Source of the DNA: an uncultured Pseudobdellovibrionaceae bacterium
GTDB lineage: Bacteria > Bdellovibrionota > Bdellovibrionia > Bdellovibrionales > UBA1609
NCBI GenBank assembly: GCA_964360255.1
Contig: CAYHVK010000004.1
Span: forward strand, 8,595-72,594
DNA: 64,000 nucleotides
Direction: 5' to 3'
The position numbers and the translations under genes were made by a program. The notes beneath the pieces are model-generated. The model made no database searches. It worked only from the letters and a program-made list of their open reading frames with translations, and was not told the DNA's origin. Below are positions 1 through 9,420 of the stretch, piece by piece. Each line of letters opens with the position of its first letter. Within the stretch, counting starts at the first letter, position 1.

Positions 1-151
1 TTATTATTTACCCCAAGGTTATGTTGAAGAGAGCGTAATTCAAATCAGTTACGGTGACGCTCTGAAATGGACCGTCGCCATTCGCGCACTCACCGGCCGG
101 GTTGATATTTTTCAAGAGCATTTGAGTCTCAAAGATGTGAGGCCAGAATGA
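1..151 (+). CDS. 3' end of an ORF whose 5' end lies outside the window; by position probably another T2SS pseudopilin (GspH/G-like)
   Basis: Frame 2 is open from the window edge to TGA 149-151, which overlaps the next ATG (ATGA). It is on the same strand as the pseudopilin genes that follow. The 49-codon fragment has no diagnostic motif. Confidence 0.3.
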   Translation, partial: YYLPQGYVEESVIQISYGDALKWTVAIRALTGRVDIFQEHLSLKDVRPE

Positions 152-681
152 AAAAATTGGCGAGTCGCAGACGAGCGAATGGAACGGCGAAAAGCCGCGG
201 CTTCACCCTAGTCGAAGTCGTTATTGCCATGGTGATATTGGTGGGCGGTATTCTTGTTGTGAATAGCTCGTGGTCGGGCAATCTTTTACGCATTCGTAAA
301 GCAGCTCTTTATAATAATGTGGCTTTCTTGCTCGAGAGAAAAGTCGTTGAACTTGAAGCTGAATTTTCTGGCAAACCTATAGCTGAAATTTCAGAAAGAT
401 CTGGCGATTTTGGCAGCGAATACCCGCAGTACAAATGGACTTTCGAAGCTCAACCTTTTCAGATGCCTGATCTCACTCCAATTATAATGAGCCAAACAAA
501 CTCAAGCGTCGATCAAATGCTTTTGACCGTCATGGGACAAATGCAGGAGTTTATGTCGAAAGCTATTGTTGAAGGCCGCGTGACTTTAATCGTAACCACT
601 CCGAAAGAGCCCATCAAATTTTCAGTGACACTTTATTTTGTCGACTACACACAGTCTTTATCGTTGCCAGGTGGTAAATGA
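148..681 (+). CDS. gspI: Type II secretion minor pseudopilin, GspI-like
   Basis: Prepilin cleavage/methylation motif KSRG/FTLVEVVIAMVIL after an 18-aa leader. It sits directly before the GspJ- and GspK-like genes. The ATG is coupled to the upstream stop. Confidence 0.55.
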   Translation: MKKLASRRRANGTAKSRGFTLVEVVIAMVILVGGILVVNSSWSGNLLRIRKAALYNNVAFLLERKVVELEAEFSGKPIAEISERSGDFGSEYPQYKWTFEAQPFQMPDLTPIIMSQTNSSVDQMLLTVMGQMQEFMSKAIVEGRVTLIVTTPKEPIKFSVTLYFVDYTQSLSLPGGK

Positions 682-1556
682 TGAGACAATCGATAAAAAC
701 TCAGCGCGGCTTTACTCTCTTAGAAATTGTCATCGCCATTGCCTTGCTCGCTTTTATTTCTATTTTCGTCGCCCAAAGCATTCGTAACGGCCTTAGCGCG
801 CGCAATAAAATTCAGCGCGATATTGATGCCTCAGTGGGTTTACGTGAGGCGCTTAATTTGATGTCCCGTGATATTCAACTCGCTTTTAATTTTCGTGATA
901 TTAATATCGAACTCTACAATGCGGCCATCAAAGAAAACTGCAAAGCTCCAGGGGGAAATACTTCTCCTCCGACAAATCCTCCACCCGCCACGCCGCCACC
1001 CAGTGGCGCCGCTTTCACCGGTGAAAAATGCACTCCTAAAGTTCCGAAAATTCTCACCCAGTTCATTGGCGAGACAGAGAAATTAAATCTCGCCACGCGC
1101 AGTAATATTCGCATGCAAAAAGATGATCCGACTTCTGACCAAGCTGAGGTGGGTTACGAGCTCAAAGATTGTAAAAGCCGCTCACGCACTAAAAGTGGCT
1201 CACAATCGAGCAAATGTCTCTGGCGAAGATTCTCGCCGGTGATCGATGAAACTCCGCTAGATGGCGGCACTTCTATTGCCATTTTAGATAATGTAAAGAG
1301 TCTCGCTTTTCGTTATCTCGGCCCTGGCCAACCCACTGAATGGCTGAAAAATTGGCGCTCGGATGCTCAAGGGAGCGGTGACGAACGCATGAAAGGTAAA
1401 TTTCCACTCGCGGTTGAAATCACTATGGTCGTCGAAGATAAAAGTGTCACTCCGAGCAAAGAAATTGGCATCACGATGGTCGCCGATATTCGCTTTCCAA
1501 ATAATGAAGAGAAAAAAGAAGAAGTCCCGACTACAACTTCAGGAGGCAGCAATTGA
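678..1556 (+). CDS. gspJ: Type II secretion minor pseudopilin, GspJ-like (with Pro-rich insert)
   Basis: N-terminal QRG/FTLLEIVIAIALLAF prepilin motif. ATGA overlap with the preceding gene. Position is immediately upstream of GspK. Confidence 0.55.
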   Translation: MMRQSIKTQRGFTLLEIVIAIALLAFISIFVAQSIRNGLSARNKIQRDIDASVGLREALNLMSRDIQLAFNFRDINIELYNAAIKENCKAPGGNTSPPTNPPPATPPPSGAAFTGEKCTPKVPKILTQFIGETEKLNLATRSNIRMQKDDPTSDQAEVGYELKDCKSRSRTKSGSQSSKCLWRRFSPVIDETPLDGGTSIAILDNVKSLAFRYLGPGQPTEWLKNWRSDAQGSGDERMKGKFPLAVEITMVVEDKSVTPSKEIGITMVADIRFPNNEEKKEEVPTTTSGGSN

Positions 1557-2770
1557 ATCATAAAAATGAAAAAGGCGTTGCCATCTTGCTCGCCGTTTTT
1601 GGTTTAGCGGTGATGATTTTCTTAGCCGTCGATGTGGCCTACGACACCCAAGTAGAATATTTAACGGCTTCGCAAAATGTAAATCGCTTAAAAGCTTATT
1701 ACGCAGCGAAAGCTGGCGTTGAAATCAGTCTGCTTCGCATCTCAATTTACAAACAAGCCTTGGCCGCAGCCGGCCCCACGCTGGGTGAAAAAGCCCAAAC
1801 ACTTTTGAATCCAATTTGGCAGTTTCCCCTCTCATGGCCCCTGCTAGTCCCGGATAAAGTGAACAGCGTGGATAAAGATGAAATTCTATCAACAACTAAA
1901 GACTCGCTGATGGATTCGCAATACTTCGTCACCATCGAAGGCGAAGGCGGAAAAATCGACATCAACGATCTGGATTCTCCAGATGAAGAAACAGCCGAGC
2001 GAATTAAAACTCAGCTCGTAGAAGTTTTTGAGCAAGAGAAAAAAAATGACGAAAAATTCAGAGATAAGTACTCGAATGAAGATTTTGGTCAGTTGCTCGA
2101 TGCCATGAAAGATTGGATCGACGAAGACACCGACCCTACCGGTCGCGGCGGTGGCGGCGAAAGCGGAGCTTACACGGATCGCAGTAAAGACACCGGCGGT
2201 ATACTTCCTCCGAACCAGCCTTTCAAAACTCTTGAAGAGCTGCATATGGTGGCGGGCATGAAAGATGATTTTTATAAAATCTTAGCTCAAAGAATTACAG
2301 TTTTTGGCACGAAAGGAATCAACGTCAACACGGCTCCTGATTTAGTGATCAAAAGTTTAGCTGATGATATTGATGACGAGAAAATGACCAAGATAAATGA
2401 ACGCCGAACCAACCCTGAAAAAGGGGGGCCATTCAGAGACGACGAAGATTTTTATAGCTTTATGCGCTCGATCGGTGTGAACACACAAAAGATTGAAGAG
2501 CTCGGTACATTACTGCTCTATGACGCAGAGTTTAATTTTAGAATTATCAGCGCCGGTAAATTCGCCAACACGAGAAAAGAAATTACCGCAGTCACTTTCG
2601 ATGTAGATAATATCTCTCCTGCACTTAGCAAAATGCTCATAGAGAAAGATAAGAAAGAAAACCCACCACCGCCACCTCCAGTAGCCCCACCACCCTCGGG
2701 TGATAAAACAAAAAAGTCCTATAAAGCACCAAAAGGGCGACCAAGAGTAGTCTATTGGCAAGAAAGCTGA
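1553..2770 (+). CDS. gspK: Type II secretion minor pseudopilin GspK
   Basis: N-terminus KGVAILLAVFGLAVMIFLAV lacks the G-F/E5 motif, as GspK does. Also present: RLKAYYAAKAGVE, EELHMVAGM and INVNTAP segments typical of T2SS-K. TTG start at 1553 lies 6 nt after AGGAGG and overlaps the upstream stop. Confidence 0.65.
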   Translation: MNHKNEKGVAILLAVFGLAVMIFLAVDVAYDTQVEYLTASQNVNRLKAYYAAKAGVEISLLRISIYKQALAAAGPTLGEKAQTLLNPIWQFPLSWPLLVPDKVNSVDKDEILSTTKDSLMDSQYFVTIEGEGGKIDINDLDSPDEETAERIKTQLVEVFEQEKKNDEKFRDKYSNEDFGQLLDAMKDWIDEDTDPTGRGGGGESGAYTDRSKDTGGILPPNQPFKTLEELHMVAGMKDDFYKILAQRITVFGTKGINVNTAPDLVIKSLADDIDDEKMTKINERRTNPEKGGPFRDDEDFYSFMRSIGVNTQKIEELGTLLLYDAEFNFRIISAGKFANTRKEITAVTFDVDNISPALSKMLIEKDKKENPPPPPPVAPPPSGDKTKKSYKAPKGRPRVVYWQES

Positions 2771-2803
2771 TAGCCTAATTTTAGCTCCAAGGATGGGGAT
2801 AAA

Positions 2804-4444
2804 ATGATCAGCATTGGTTTAGACATCGGAAGTTATAGCGTCAAAGTGGCTGTGCTTGAAGGCTCAGGTAAAGGCTTTGCAATTCAAAGTCTAGCTGAGT
2901 ATCCACTCAGTCAAGATCCGAATCGCGATCGCACAATTGAACTCGTCGAAATTTTTCGTAGCATTCAGCAAAAGTATTCTGGCACCGACGCTATTTACGT
3001 CACCGGCGCGCAACAAGATCGCGTCAGCGTTCGTCGCAAACAGTTTCCTTTTCGTGAACGCCACAAGATTTTAAAAAGTTTGCCATTTGAGCTTGAAGAA
3101 GACATTCCGTTCTCTTCAGAGAATTCAGTTTTCGATTTTAGAACCAGTTATTTCGTTGGCAACACCGCTCACGTGATCGCGTGCGCCTGCCCGAAAGAGT
3201 ATCTTCGTACTTTCTTGCAAAAAATTGAAGATGCTCAGCTCTACCCGGACATCGTCAGTGTCGAAGGCATCGCTTTAGCTAACGCTTTTGAAGAGCAGCG
3301 CGAAGCGCCGCTCGAATTCTCAACCCGTGATCAAAGTTTGCCAGAAGCTTCGGCCGCTGAGCTCGTCTTTCATATCGGTCACCACTCAACGACCATTCTT
3401 GTTTTACGTGATGGATACTTACTTGAAATTCGCCAAATCGATTGGGGAGGTAAAGATCTCGGTGAAGTGATCGCCTCTAAATATTCAATGGCGTACACCG
3501 AGGCCCTCAAAGAATTAAAGCGCAAGGCCTTCATTCTGACGAACAATGAAGGCGCCACTCGTGAACAGATCGCACTTTCAGAAGTGATCAAATCGAGTGT
3601 CGATAAACTCTCGCACGAAATTCAGCTGATTCTTCTTGAAATTAAAAACGCTTACAACTTAAGTTTCCGCTCGGCCCAGCTTTCTGGTGGCGTGGCTTTG
3701 ATTCGTAATTTAGGCCCTTACCTTACGCAGAAGTTAGAGCTTCCGGTGAATCGTTTGAACTCTTTGGCCATTGCGCCAGATGTGAATTTTGCAGCGAGCC
3801 CCAATAATGAAATTTCTTTTGTTACGGCCATCGGCTTATCACTTGAAGGTTTAAAGCGCCCGAAAAATCCAGCTATTAACTTCTTGAAGTCAGAATTTGC
3901 GCGCAAAAGCGAAGCGATGCGCATGGTTTGGGAGCGCTGGAGAGTGGCCACTATGACCATCGCCGCCGCTTTCTTTATTCTCTTCACTTGGAGCCTACTG
4001 CGCGAAGGTTACGGCATCAGCATGGCCACGACCGCCAGTGATAAACTTCGAGACCTGGCCCGTAAAATCCTCAATGAGAAGCGCGTTCCAGAACCTATGA
4101 TTCGCGCTTACATTAAAGAACAAGAGCAAAAAGCACGCATGAAAAAGCTTTTTGAAGAGCTGCAAACCATCAACTCACCTCTCGATATTTTGAAAAAAAT
4201 TACGCAGATATCACCGAACCGAGCTGAGGGTGGCCTCTTTATTAAAAGCGTGACCATCGAAAATGAAATGCTTCAGGTCGTGGGTGAAACTACAAAAATT
4301 GAAATTCTCACCCGTTTAGAAAATGCTCTAAAGGGAATCGCTAAAGACGGCAAAGTCGCAAAAAACCTTCAAGGCACACCTAGCAAGGCAGGGTACCGAA
4401 ACTTCAACTACTCTTTGCGCATTAACCGGAAAGCGAGTCAGTAA
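2804..4444 (+). CDS. gspL: GspL-like assembly protein: PilM-type actin-like ATPase domain + TM + periplasmic domain
   Basis: N-terminus MISIGLDIGSYSVKVAVLEG (actin/PilM-like phosphate-1 motif). A single TM, VATMTIAAAFFILFTWSLL, lies near residue 385, followed by a periplasmic tail. It follows gspK. Confidence 0.6.
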   Translation: MISIGLDIGSYSVKVAVLEGSGKGFAIQSLAEYPLSQDPNRDRTIELVEIFRSIQQKYSGTDAIYVTGAQQDRVSVRRKQFPFRERHKILKSLPFELEEDIPFSSENSVFDFRTSYFVGNTAHVIACACPKEYLRTFLQKIEDAQLYPDIVSVEGIALANAFEEQREAPLEFSTRDQSLPEASAAELVFHIGHHSTTILVLRDGYLLEIRQIDWGGKDLGEVIASKYSMAYTEALKELKRKAFILTNNEGATREQIALSEVIKSSVDKLSHEIQLILLEIKNAYNLSFRSAQLSGGVALIRNLGPYLTQKLELPVNRLNSLAIAPDVNFAASPNNEISFVTAIGLSLEGLKRPKNPAINFLKSEFARKSEAMRMVWERWRVATMTIAAAFFILFTWSLLREGYGISMATTASDKLRDLARKILNEKRVPEPMIRAYIKEQEQKARMKKLFEELQTINSPLDILKKITQISPNRAEGGLFIKSVTIENEMLQVVGETTKIEILTRLENALKGIAKDGKVAKNLQGTPSKAGYRNFNYSLRINRKASQ

Positions 4445-5259
4445 TGGCTTTAGAAGATTTAAAAGATCAACTCCGCGATCAGTTTATTGAACTAAAAAGT
4501 AAAATCGAAGAAAGCCCGGCGTTCAATTCCTTACGTGAGAGTTTTGAAAATTTATCTCCCGGCGGACAACGCGGTTTGATTCTAGGTCTTTCAATTTTTA
4601 CTATTTTATTTATGATGTACATTCCATACTCCTACTTTTCTTCGTCTTCAGACTATGTGGTTGAGTACAATGATAAGCGCCAACTGATTCGCAAGCTTTT
4701 ACAAGCGAGTCGCACCGCCAGCCAATCTGGTGGCGTTGCCAATCCTCCACCGACGGGTGCCTTAGTGGATACGATTCGAAATCGCCTGGCAAGTTTTGCG
4801 CTTTTACCTGAGCAGACAACATCTGTGGATAGCATTCCAGGTTCTGAGCTCGGCGGCGGATTCGCTCCTCCCGGAATTTCGCAAGAAGGCGTGCGCGTCA
4901 GCCTTAATTCTCTCAATATCAAACAGATCGTTGATATCGGTTATGACTTGCAAAATTTAATGCAAGGAGTTCGCCTTGTGGGCCTTACGATGAATCCCAA
5001 TGGCAAAGATAAGCGCTACTTCGATGTTTCTTATAAAATTGCTCGCTTCTCACTTCCTGATGTGGGCGAAGGTGGCGAAGCCGAAGTGCAAGCTCCACCA
5101 AGTAACAGTGGCTCACGCGCTCTTCCGCGCCCAGGCAGCTCTAATCGCAATCGCTTTCAGCCGAACAATGAAGGGTCTGCTCCACCTCCACCACCAGGCA
5201 ATGCTGCTCAAGAAGAACTCCCTGCTGAAGAAGAAGAAGAAGAAGGAGGCTTTCAGTGA
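4444..5259 (+). CDS. GspM-like bitopic inner-membrane protein with acidic/Pro-rich tail
   Basis: Short cytoplasmic N-terminus, one TM (LILGLSIFTILFMMYIPY) and a periplasmic domain. TAATG junction with the gspL-like gene. The call is positional. Confidence 0.4.
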   Translation: MALEDLKDQLRDQFIELKSKIEESPAFNSLRESFENLSPGGQRGLILGLSIFTILFMMYIPYSYFSSSSDYVVEYNDKRQLIRKLLQASRTASQSGGVANPPPTGALVDTIRNRLASFALLPEQTTSVDSIPGSELGGGFAPPGISQEGVRVSLNSLNIKQIVDIGYDLQNLMQGVRLVGLTMNPNGKDKRYFDVSYKIARFSLPDVGEGGEAEVQAPPSNSGSRALPRPGSSNRNRFQPNNEGSAPPPPPGNAAQEELPAEEEEEEGGFQ

Positions 5260-6245
5260 CCCTTGGCGAATCAATAACAGAAGGTATACTCGCGTTTCGT
5301 AATCACAAAATGAAAATCGTTTTTTGCGTTTTCGCTTTTGTGTTTTTTATCTTCGTTTTATTCCCTTATGATGATCTTTCTGATTTAGTGACTGAAAAAG
5401 TGGCTCAGGCTACGCAGAATCAAGTTTTCTTACGCTTTGAACATTTAGGTTTAGCCGTATTCCCACCTTCTCTGGCTCTTGACCAAGTTGAAGTGGATAC
5501 GCCTTTCTTGCCCACCCTTAAAGCTTCTTCGATGACTCTCGCCCCTTCTATCGCCCGTTTTTTAGCTTTCAGTCCGGGCGCCAGCTTTTCAGCCAGCGAT
5601 TTATTTAAAGGTGATCTGTCAGGTTCAGTGGGAGCAAAAAAAGAAAAAGAAGTTCAGAAAATCGATTTGAGTTTGGATTACGACGGTTTTGATTTAAAAA
5701 CTATGGGCGAATTTTTTGATTCGTCTTGGCCGATTCAAGGCCAGGCTTCAGTGGGCGTCAAAGGCCTTGTTGAAATGGAATTCACTGAACAACCTGAGGG
5801 TGAATTAGAAATCACAATTGATAAGATGGTTCTGCCAAATACGCTTCCCTCGACAATTCCTTTTGTCGGCGGAACACAAATTCCGCAAATTGCTTTTGGC
5901 AAAGTGAAACTTCAAGGACGCCTGACCAACCGTGAGTTTATTATCGATAGCGGCACTTTCGGTGAAGAGAAGGATGCTCTTCGTGGTCTGATGAAGGGTA
6001 AACTTCAAATTACTTTTGTCCGCATGGGTCAACAGATCGTGCCACAGTTTGGACCCTATGATCTGCGGGTTGATCTACAAATGGATCGTGGCTTTGAAGC
6101 CGATCTTCAGCGTCGCCTCACCATTGTTTACGATATGATTGGTCGCTACAAAACGGCCACGGGTAAGGGAGCACGGTATATGATGCGTGTGGCAGGTACC
6201 AACTTCTATGCCCCGCCTAATGTAACGGCTATTTCGTCTCTCTAA
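5256..6245 (+). CDS. GspN-like membrane-anchored periplasmic protein
   Basis: GTG start lies in a GTGA overlap, preceded by GAAGGAGG. N-terminal TM is IVFCVFAFVFFIFVLFPY. It is the last gene of the coupled T2SS block; the call is positional. Confidence 0.4.
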   Translation: MTLGESITEGILAFRNHKMKIVFCVFAFVFFIFVLFPYDDLSDLVTEKVAQATQNQVFLRFEHLGLAVFPPSLALDQVEVDTPFLPTLKASSMTLAPSIARFLAFSPGASFSASDLFKGDLSGSVGAKKEKEVQKIDLSLDYDGFDLKTMGEFFDSSWPIQGQASVGVKGLVEMEFTEQPEGELEITIDKMVLPNTLPSTIPFVGGTQIPQIAFGKVKLQGRLTNREFIIDSGTFGEEKDALRGLMKGKLQITFVRMGQQIVPQFGPYDLRVDLQMDRGFEADLQRRLTIVYDMIGRYKTATGKGARYMMRVAGTNFYAPPNVTAISSL

Positions 6246-6371
6246 GCTTTTTCTATTTCATTTATCATAACGCGTCGCGAGCATATATTTTTGTATGCTT
6301 ATTTAGTTGAATCTCTCCCCTGTGTTCGAGATAAATTCTCTTCTTTAAAAGAACCTTGGGAAGGGGAATTT

Positions 6372-6797
6372 ATGTCTGGAGTTAATAAAGTCATCGTTTT
6401 AGGCCGCTTAGGAGCAGATCCTGAAGTAAAAAACGTATCACCTACGCAAACCGTTGCCCGTCTTAGTGTTGCAACAAGCGAATCTTGGAATGACAAAGAA
6501 GGTCAGAAGCAAGAACGCACAGAATGGCACCGCGTAGTTGTATGGGGAAAACTCGCTGAGCTATGTGGCAAATACCTGACAAAAGGCCGCCAGGTCTATG
6601 TTGAAGGTCGCTTGCAAACTCGCTCATGGGAAGATCAACAGGGTCAGAAAAAATACACCACTGAAATCGTAGCTAACACAGTTCAATTTATCGGCGGTGC
6701 TGCTGAAACTCGCACAACTGAGCATTCACAGGGCGGCGGTGATCATAACTTCGGACCAGAGCCATCTTTCGATAGCGACGAAGAAATTCCTTTCTAA
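6372..6797 (+). CDS. ssb: Single-stranded DNA-binding protein
   Basis: OB-fold N-terminus [29 protein letters not shown], a Gly-rich linker and the acidic tip DEEIPF. The ATG at 6372 is preceded by GGAAGGGG. The tracked TTG at 6291 is probably an artefactual extension. Confidence 0.9.
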   Translation: MSGVNKVIVLGRLGADPEVKNVSPTQTVARLSVATSESWNDKEGQKQERTEWHRVVVWGKLAELCGKYLTKGRQVYVEGRLQTRSWEDQQGQKKYTTEIVANTVQFIGGAAETRTTEHSQGGGDHNFGPEPSFDSDEEIPF

Positions 6798-6815
6798 TTC
6801 TCGAGTCTTAGGTCG

Positions 6816-6838
6816 GGTTGGAGGATCATCCAACCTTT
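6816..6838 (+). terminator. Rho-independent terminator candidate after ssb
   Basis: GGTTGGA-6 nt-TCCAACC stem followed by TTTGATT. Confidence 0.5.
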
Positions 6839-6871
6839 GATTCATCAGAATGATTCGATAGAATAATTCTG

Positions 6872-7288
6872 ATGGCACTTATAAGATTTTTTGCACTTTC
6901 TATTTTATTATCTACAGCCGGTTTTTTAACTGGCTGTTCGCTTTATGAAAGCGATGGCCACAAGGCCATTGAGAAAAATTCCGGTGGTATCGTTACTGTT
7001 ACTGGTTTTAATCTTGAGCTCGCTGCTCGTTATGAATGCATGAAAATGGTAGCCCTTCCTACATCTTGGCAAACCAATGTGGTTTCACTTTCTGAATTCT
7101 CAAAAATCGAAGCCATGGAAGCCGCTTTAGATAATACTAAAGAAGTTCCGACGGTGCTCGTTTACACAATTGAGACTCGCAGCTTCGAAGGCTGCTCGAT
7201 CGAACTTCTTGATTCAAAAACATCGACACAAAGACTTAAAGACATCGTTGAATTTGGCGAAAACTTACTGCTTCTAGGGAGAGACTAA
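6872..7288 (+). CDS. Hypothetical lipoprotein
   Basis: Signal peptide ending in the lipobox FLTG/C. Confidence 0.6.
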   Translation: MALIRFFALSILLSTAGFLTGCSLYESDGHKAIEKNSGGIVTVTGFNLELAARYECMKMVALPTSWQTNVVSLSEFSKIEAMEAALDNTKEVPTVLVYTIETRSFEGCSIELLDSKTSTQRLKDIVEFGENLLLLGRD

Positions 7289-7290
7289 AC

Positions 7291-8166
7291 ATGCTTATTA
7301 AATGGACTTCACGAGCGGCAGCGATTCTTGTAATCGCAGGTGTGATGGTTTCTGCGCCAGCTTATTCAGCGAAAATTGAAAAAGCGAAAGGCAAAAAAGT
7401 TCTCGTGAATAGCGAAGGCGACACACTTGAAGTCGGCCAAATTTACACGGTACAAAATGACAGCGGTAAAGCTGTAGGTATTATCAAAATCACTAAAGTA
7501 GGCCGCAATAGAGCCGTTGCAATTTTAGGTAAAGGTTCGGCAAAGCCAGGACAAGCTTTGAAATTCAGAACGAAACAGGCAAAAAAGAAATCTTCATCTG
7601 GCTCTTCCTTAGCTAAGAAAACTCCAGATGGAGAAGCTTCATACATCGGTGGCTTGGTGGGTCTTTCAATGTCAAAAGCTGATGTGGATCTCTTCGACTC
7701 TGGTGGATCGGCTGCTGGCTCAGAGAGCCTCGATGGTAATGGTTTCTCAGCAAAAGGTCTTTATGATTATCCCCTCTTTAGCTCGATTTGGTTTCGTGGT
7801 CTTTTAGGTCTTGAGCAGTTCAACGTGGCTGGCGGCACAAACACGGCTTGTAGCGGTAAGTGTGAAACTGAAATCATGTATTTAACTTTTGATTTCTGGG
7901 GCCGTTATGTTCTCTCTCAAGGAACAACTCGCCCATGGATCGGCGCTGGTGGAGCACTGCTCTTTCCGGTTACGAAAAGCTCGTCAGCACTTAAAGAAGG
8001 CTCAATCACAAACACGAATATCTTCGCTATTGGTGGCGGTCTTGATTTCTTTATGAGTCCGAAAGCGTATATTCCGGTGCAGATTGAATACAATATGTAT
8101 CCGAAGTCCGACACAGTTACGGCCAGCGCTATCGTTATCCGCGCTGGTTATGCTTTAGAGTATTGA
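7291..8166 (+). CDS. Outer-membrane beta-barrel protein with small N-terminal soluble domain
   Basis: Signal peptide (AYSA/K). The C-terminal roughly 180 aa show alternating-hydrophobic strands ending in an aromatic residue (YALEY). It starts 2 nt after the lipoprotein gene's stop. Confidence 0.6.
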   Translation: MLIKWTSRAAAILVIAGVMVSAPAYSAKIEKAKGKKVLVNSEGDTLEVGQIYTVQNDSGKAVGIIKITKVGRNRAVAILGKGSAKPGQALKFRTKQAKKKSSSGSSLAKKTPDGEASYIGGLVGLSMSKADVDLFDSGGSAAGSESLDGNGFSAKGLYDYPLFSSIWFRGLLGLEQFNVAGGTNTACSGKCETEIMYLTFDFWGRYVLSQGTTRPWIGAGGALLFPVTKSSSALKEGSITNTNIFAIGGGLDFFMSPKAYIPVQIEYNMYPKSDTVTASAIVIRAGYALEY

Positions 8167-8205
8167 TTTTTAGTACCCAGATTTTGAACTCACACTTGCT
8201 AAACA

Positions 8206-8225
8206 GCTCGCATAATCATGCGAGC
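8206..8225. terminator. Hairpin between convergent genes
   Basis: GCTCGCAT-aatc-ATGCGAGC. It spans the desaturase stop codon and has no clean T-run. Confidence 0.35.
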
Positions 8226-9304
8226 GCATTCGGCTCAGCATCAATAGTCTCAACAACCAAAGAAATATTCTCAGTCGGAAGCACATTCACCGCTCCGACC
8301 TCTTCGACCATTCCAAGAGTTGGGAATAATTCATTCGTATAAGGATGCACTAGCTCTGTGTGATTCTTATAGATTCGAGCCGTACGATACAGCTCACGAA
8401 GTGCTTTAAACTTAGGCATTACTTGATAAGTTTCTGGATAATTTTTCTTCAGCAGTCTATGCACCGTCTTCGCATGGGCCGGACTCATCGACGGAAACAA
8501 ATGATGCTCAACATGATAACCAAAATTCAAATGCAAGAACTCTAAGATCGGATGGTTGGTGACCGTTAATGAATTGATTAAAGGATCATTCTCTTTTGTC
8601 AGCGGTGAAAGGTTATGGTTCGTAGAGATATAAGAGAAGACCAGGTAGTTTTGAACCATAAACGGCACGACCGCCACGAAGAACCAATTTGAGAAGCCCG
8701 TCCAAGCTAAGAAACCCACTGTGAGCGCAAGACCCGCGGCGAGCTCATAGTTCACGCGGGTGTGATTCAGTCGCTCAAACATGTTGTTGCGGAATCTAAA
8801 ATAGAACTGACCCATCATGACATTGAATGAAAACCAAAAGAACAAATAGAAATAACTACGCACAGTGCCCGACCCCGGAGTGTACGGAAACATCCACTGC
8901 ATAAATTTACTGTGCTTAAAGATACGGTGAGTGGGATAAGCATCTGGATCTTGCAACAATTTTTGGGTGTGCGAGTGATGCTGGGTATTGTGCCAATAAC
9001 GCCAGAAAGTCGGCGTAATCAAAAACGGCAAGAAGGCAAAGAAACCGAGTACATCTTGCAGTTTGCGGTTTCTCACGACACTGCCATGAAGAATTTCATG
9101 GCCAGCAAGGCCGTTCATTCCCCAGCAGTGACCAATAACCAAAGCCAACAGCAATTGCACCGGCCAACCCAATGAGAGCGTCACAATCGCCCATGTAGCT
9201 GTTAAACCAACCACGCTTTGAATACCTAGGTAAAGCAATCGCGAAGGACAAGGATTAAGGGCTTCTTTTGGAAGCTCTTTTAAGAGAGTTCTATAATTTT
9301 GCAT
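8216..9304 (-). CDS. Membrane fatty-acid desaturase family protein
   Basis: Three histidine boxes (HEILH, HNTQHH, HVEHH) and several TM segments. Confidence 0.8.
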   Translation of the reverse strand: MQNYRTLLKELPKEALNPCPSRLLYLGIQSVVGLTATWAIVTLSLGWPVQLLLALVIGHCWGMNGLAGHEILHGSVVRNRKLQDVLGFFAFLPFLITPTFWRYWHNTQHHSHTQKLLQDPDAYPTHRIFKHSKFMQWMFPYTPGSGTVRSYFYLFFWFSFNVMMGQFYFRFRNNMFERLNHTRVNYELAAGLALTVGFLAWTGFSNWFFVAVVPFMVQNYLVFSYISTNHNLSPLTKENDPLINSLTVTNHPILEFLHLNFGYHVEHHLFPSMSPAHAKTVHRLLKKNYPETYQVMPKFKALRELYRTARIYKNHTELVHPYTNELFPTLGMVEEVGAVNVLPTENISLVVETIDAEPNALA

Positions 9305-9420
9305 GAGAAACAGAGTACTGGAATACCCATCAAAATGTATACTGAAAAAGCACTATTTTAAGGGGTATTTTAGTGAGCTTAATGGGGCCTTTATTGAGGC
9401 TTATTTGAACCGCTAAAAAC

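Noticed and set aside
6291-6371. TTG-initiated 27-codon extension of ssb
   Set aside because: The canonical SSB N-terminus begins at the ATG at 6372, which has a GGAAGGGG RBS. The extension has no homologous role.
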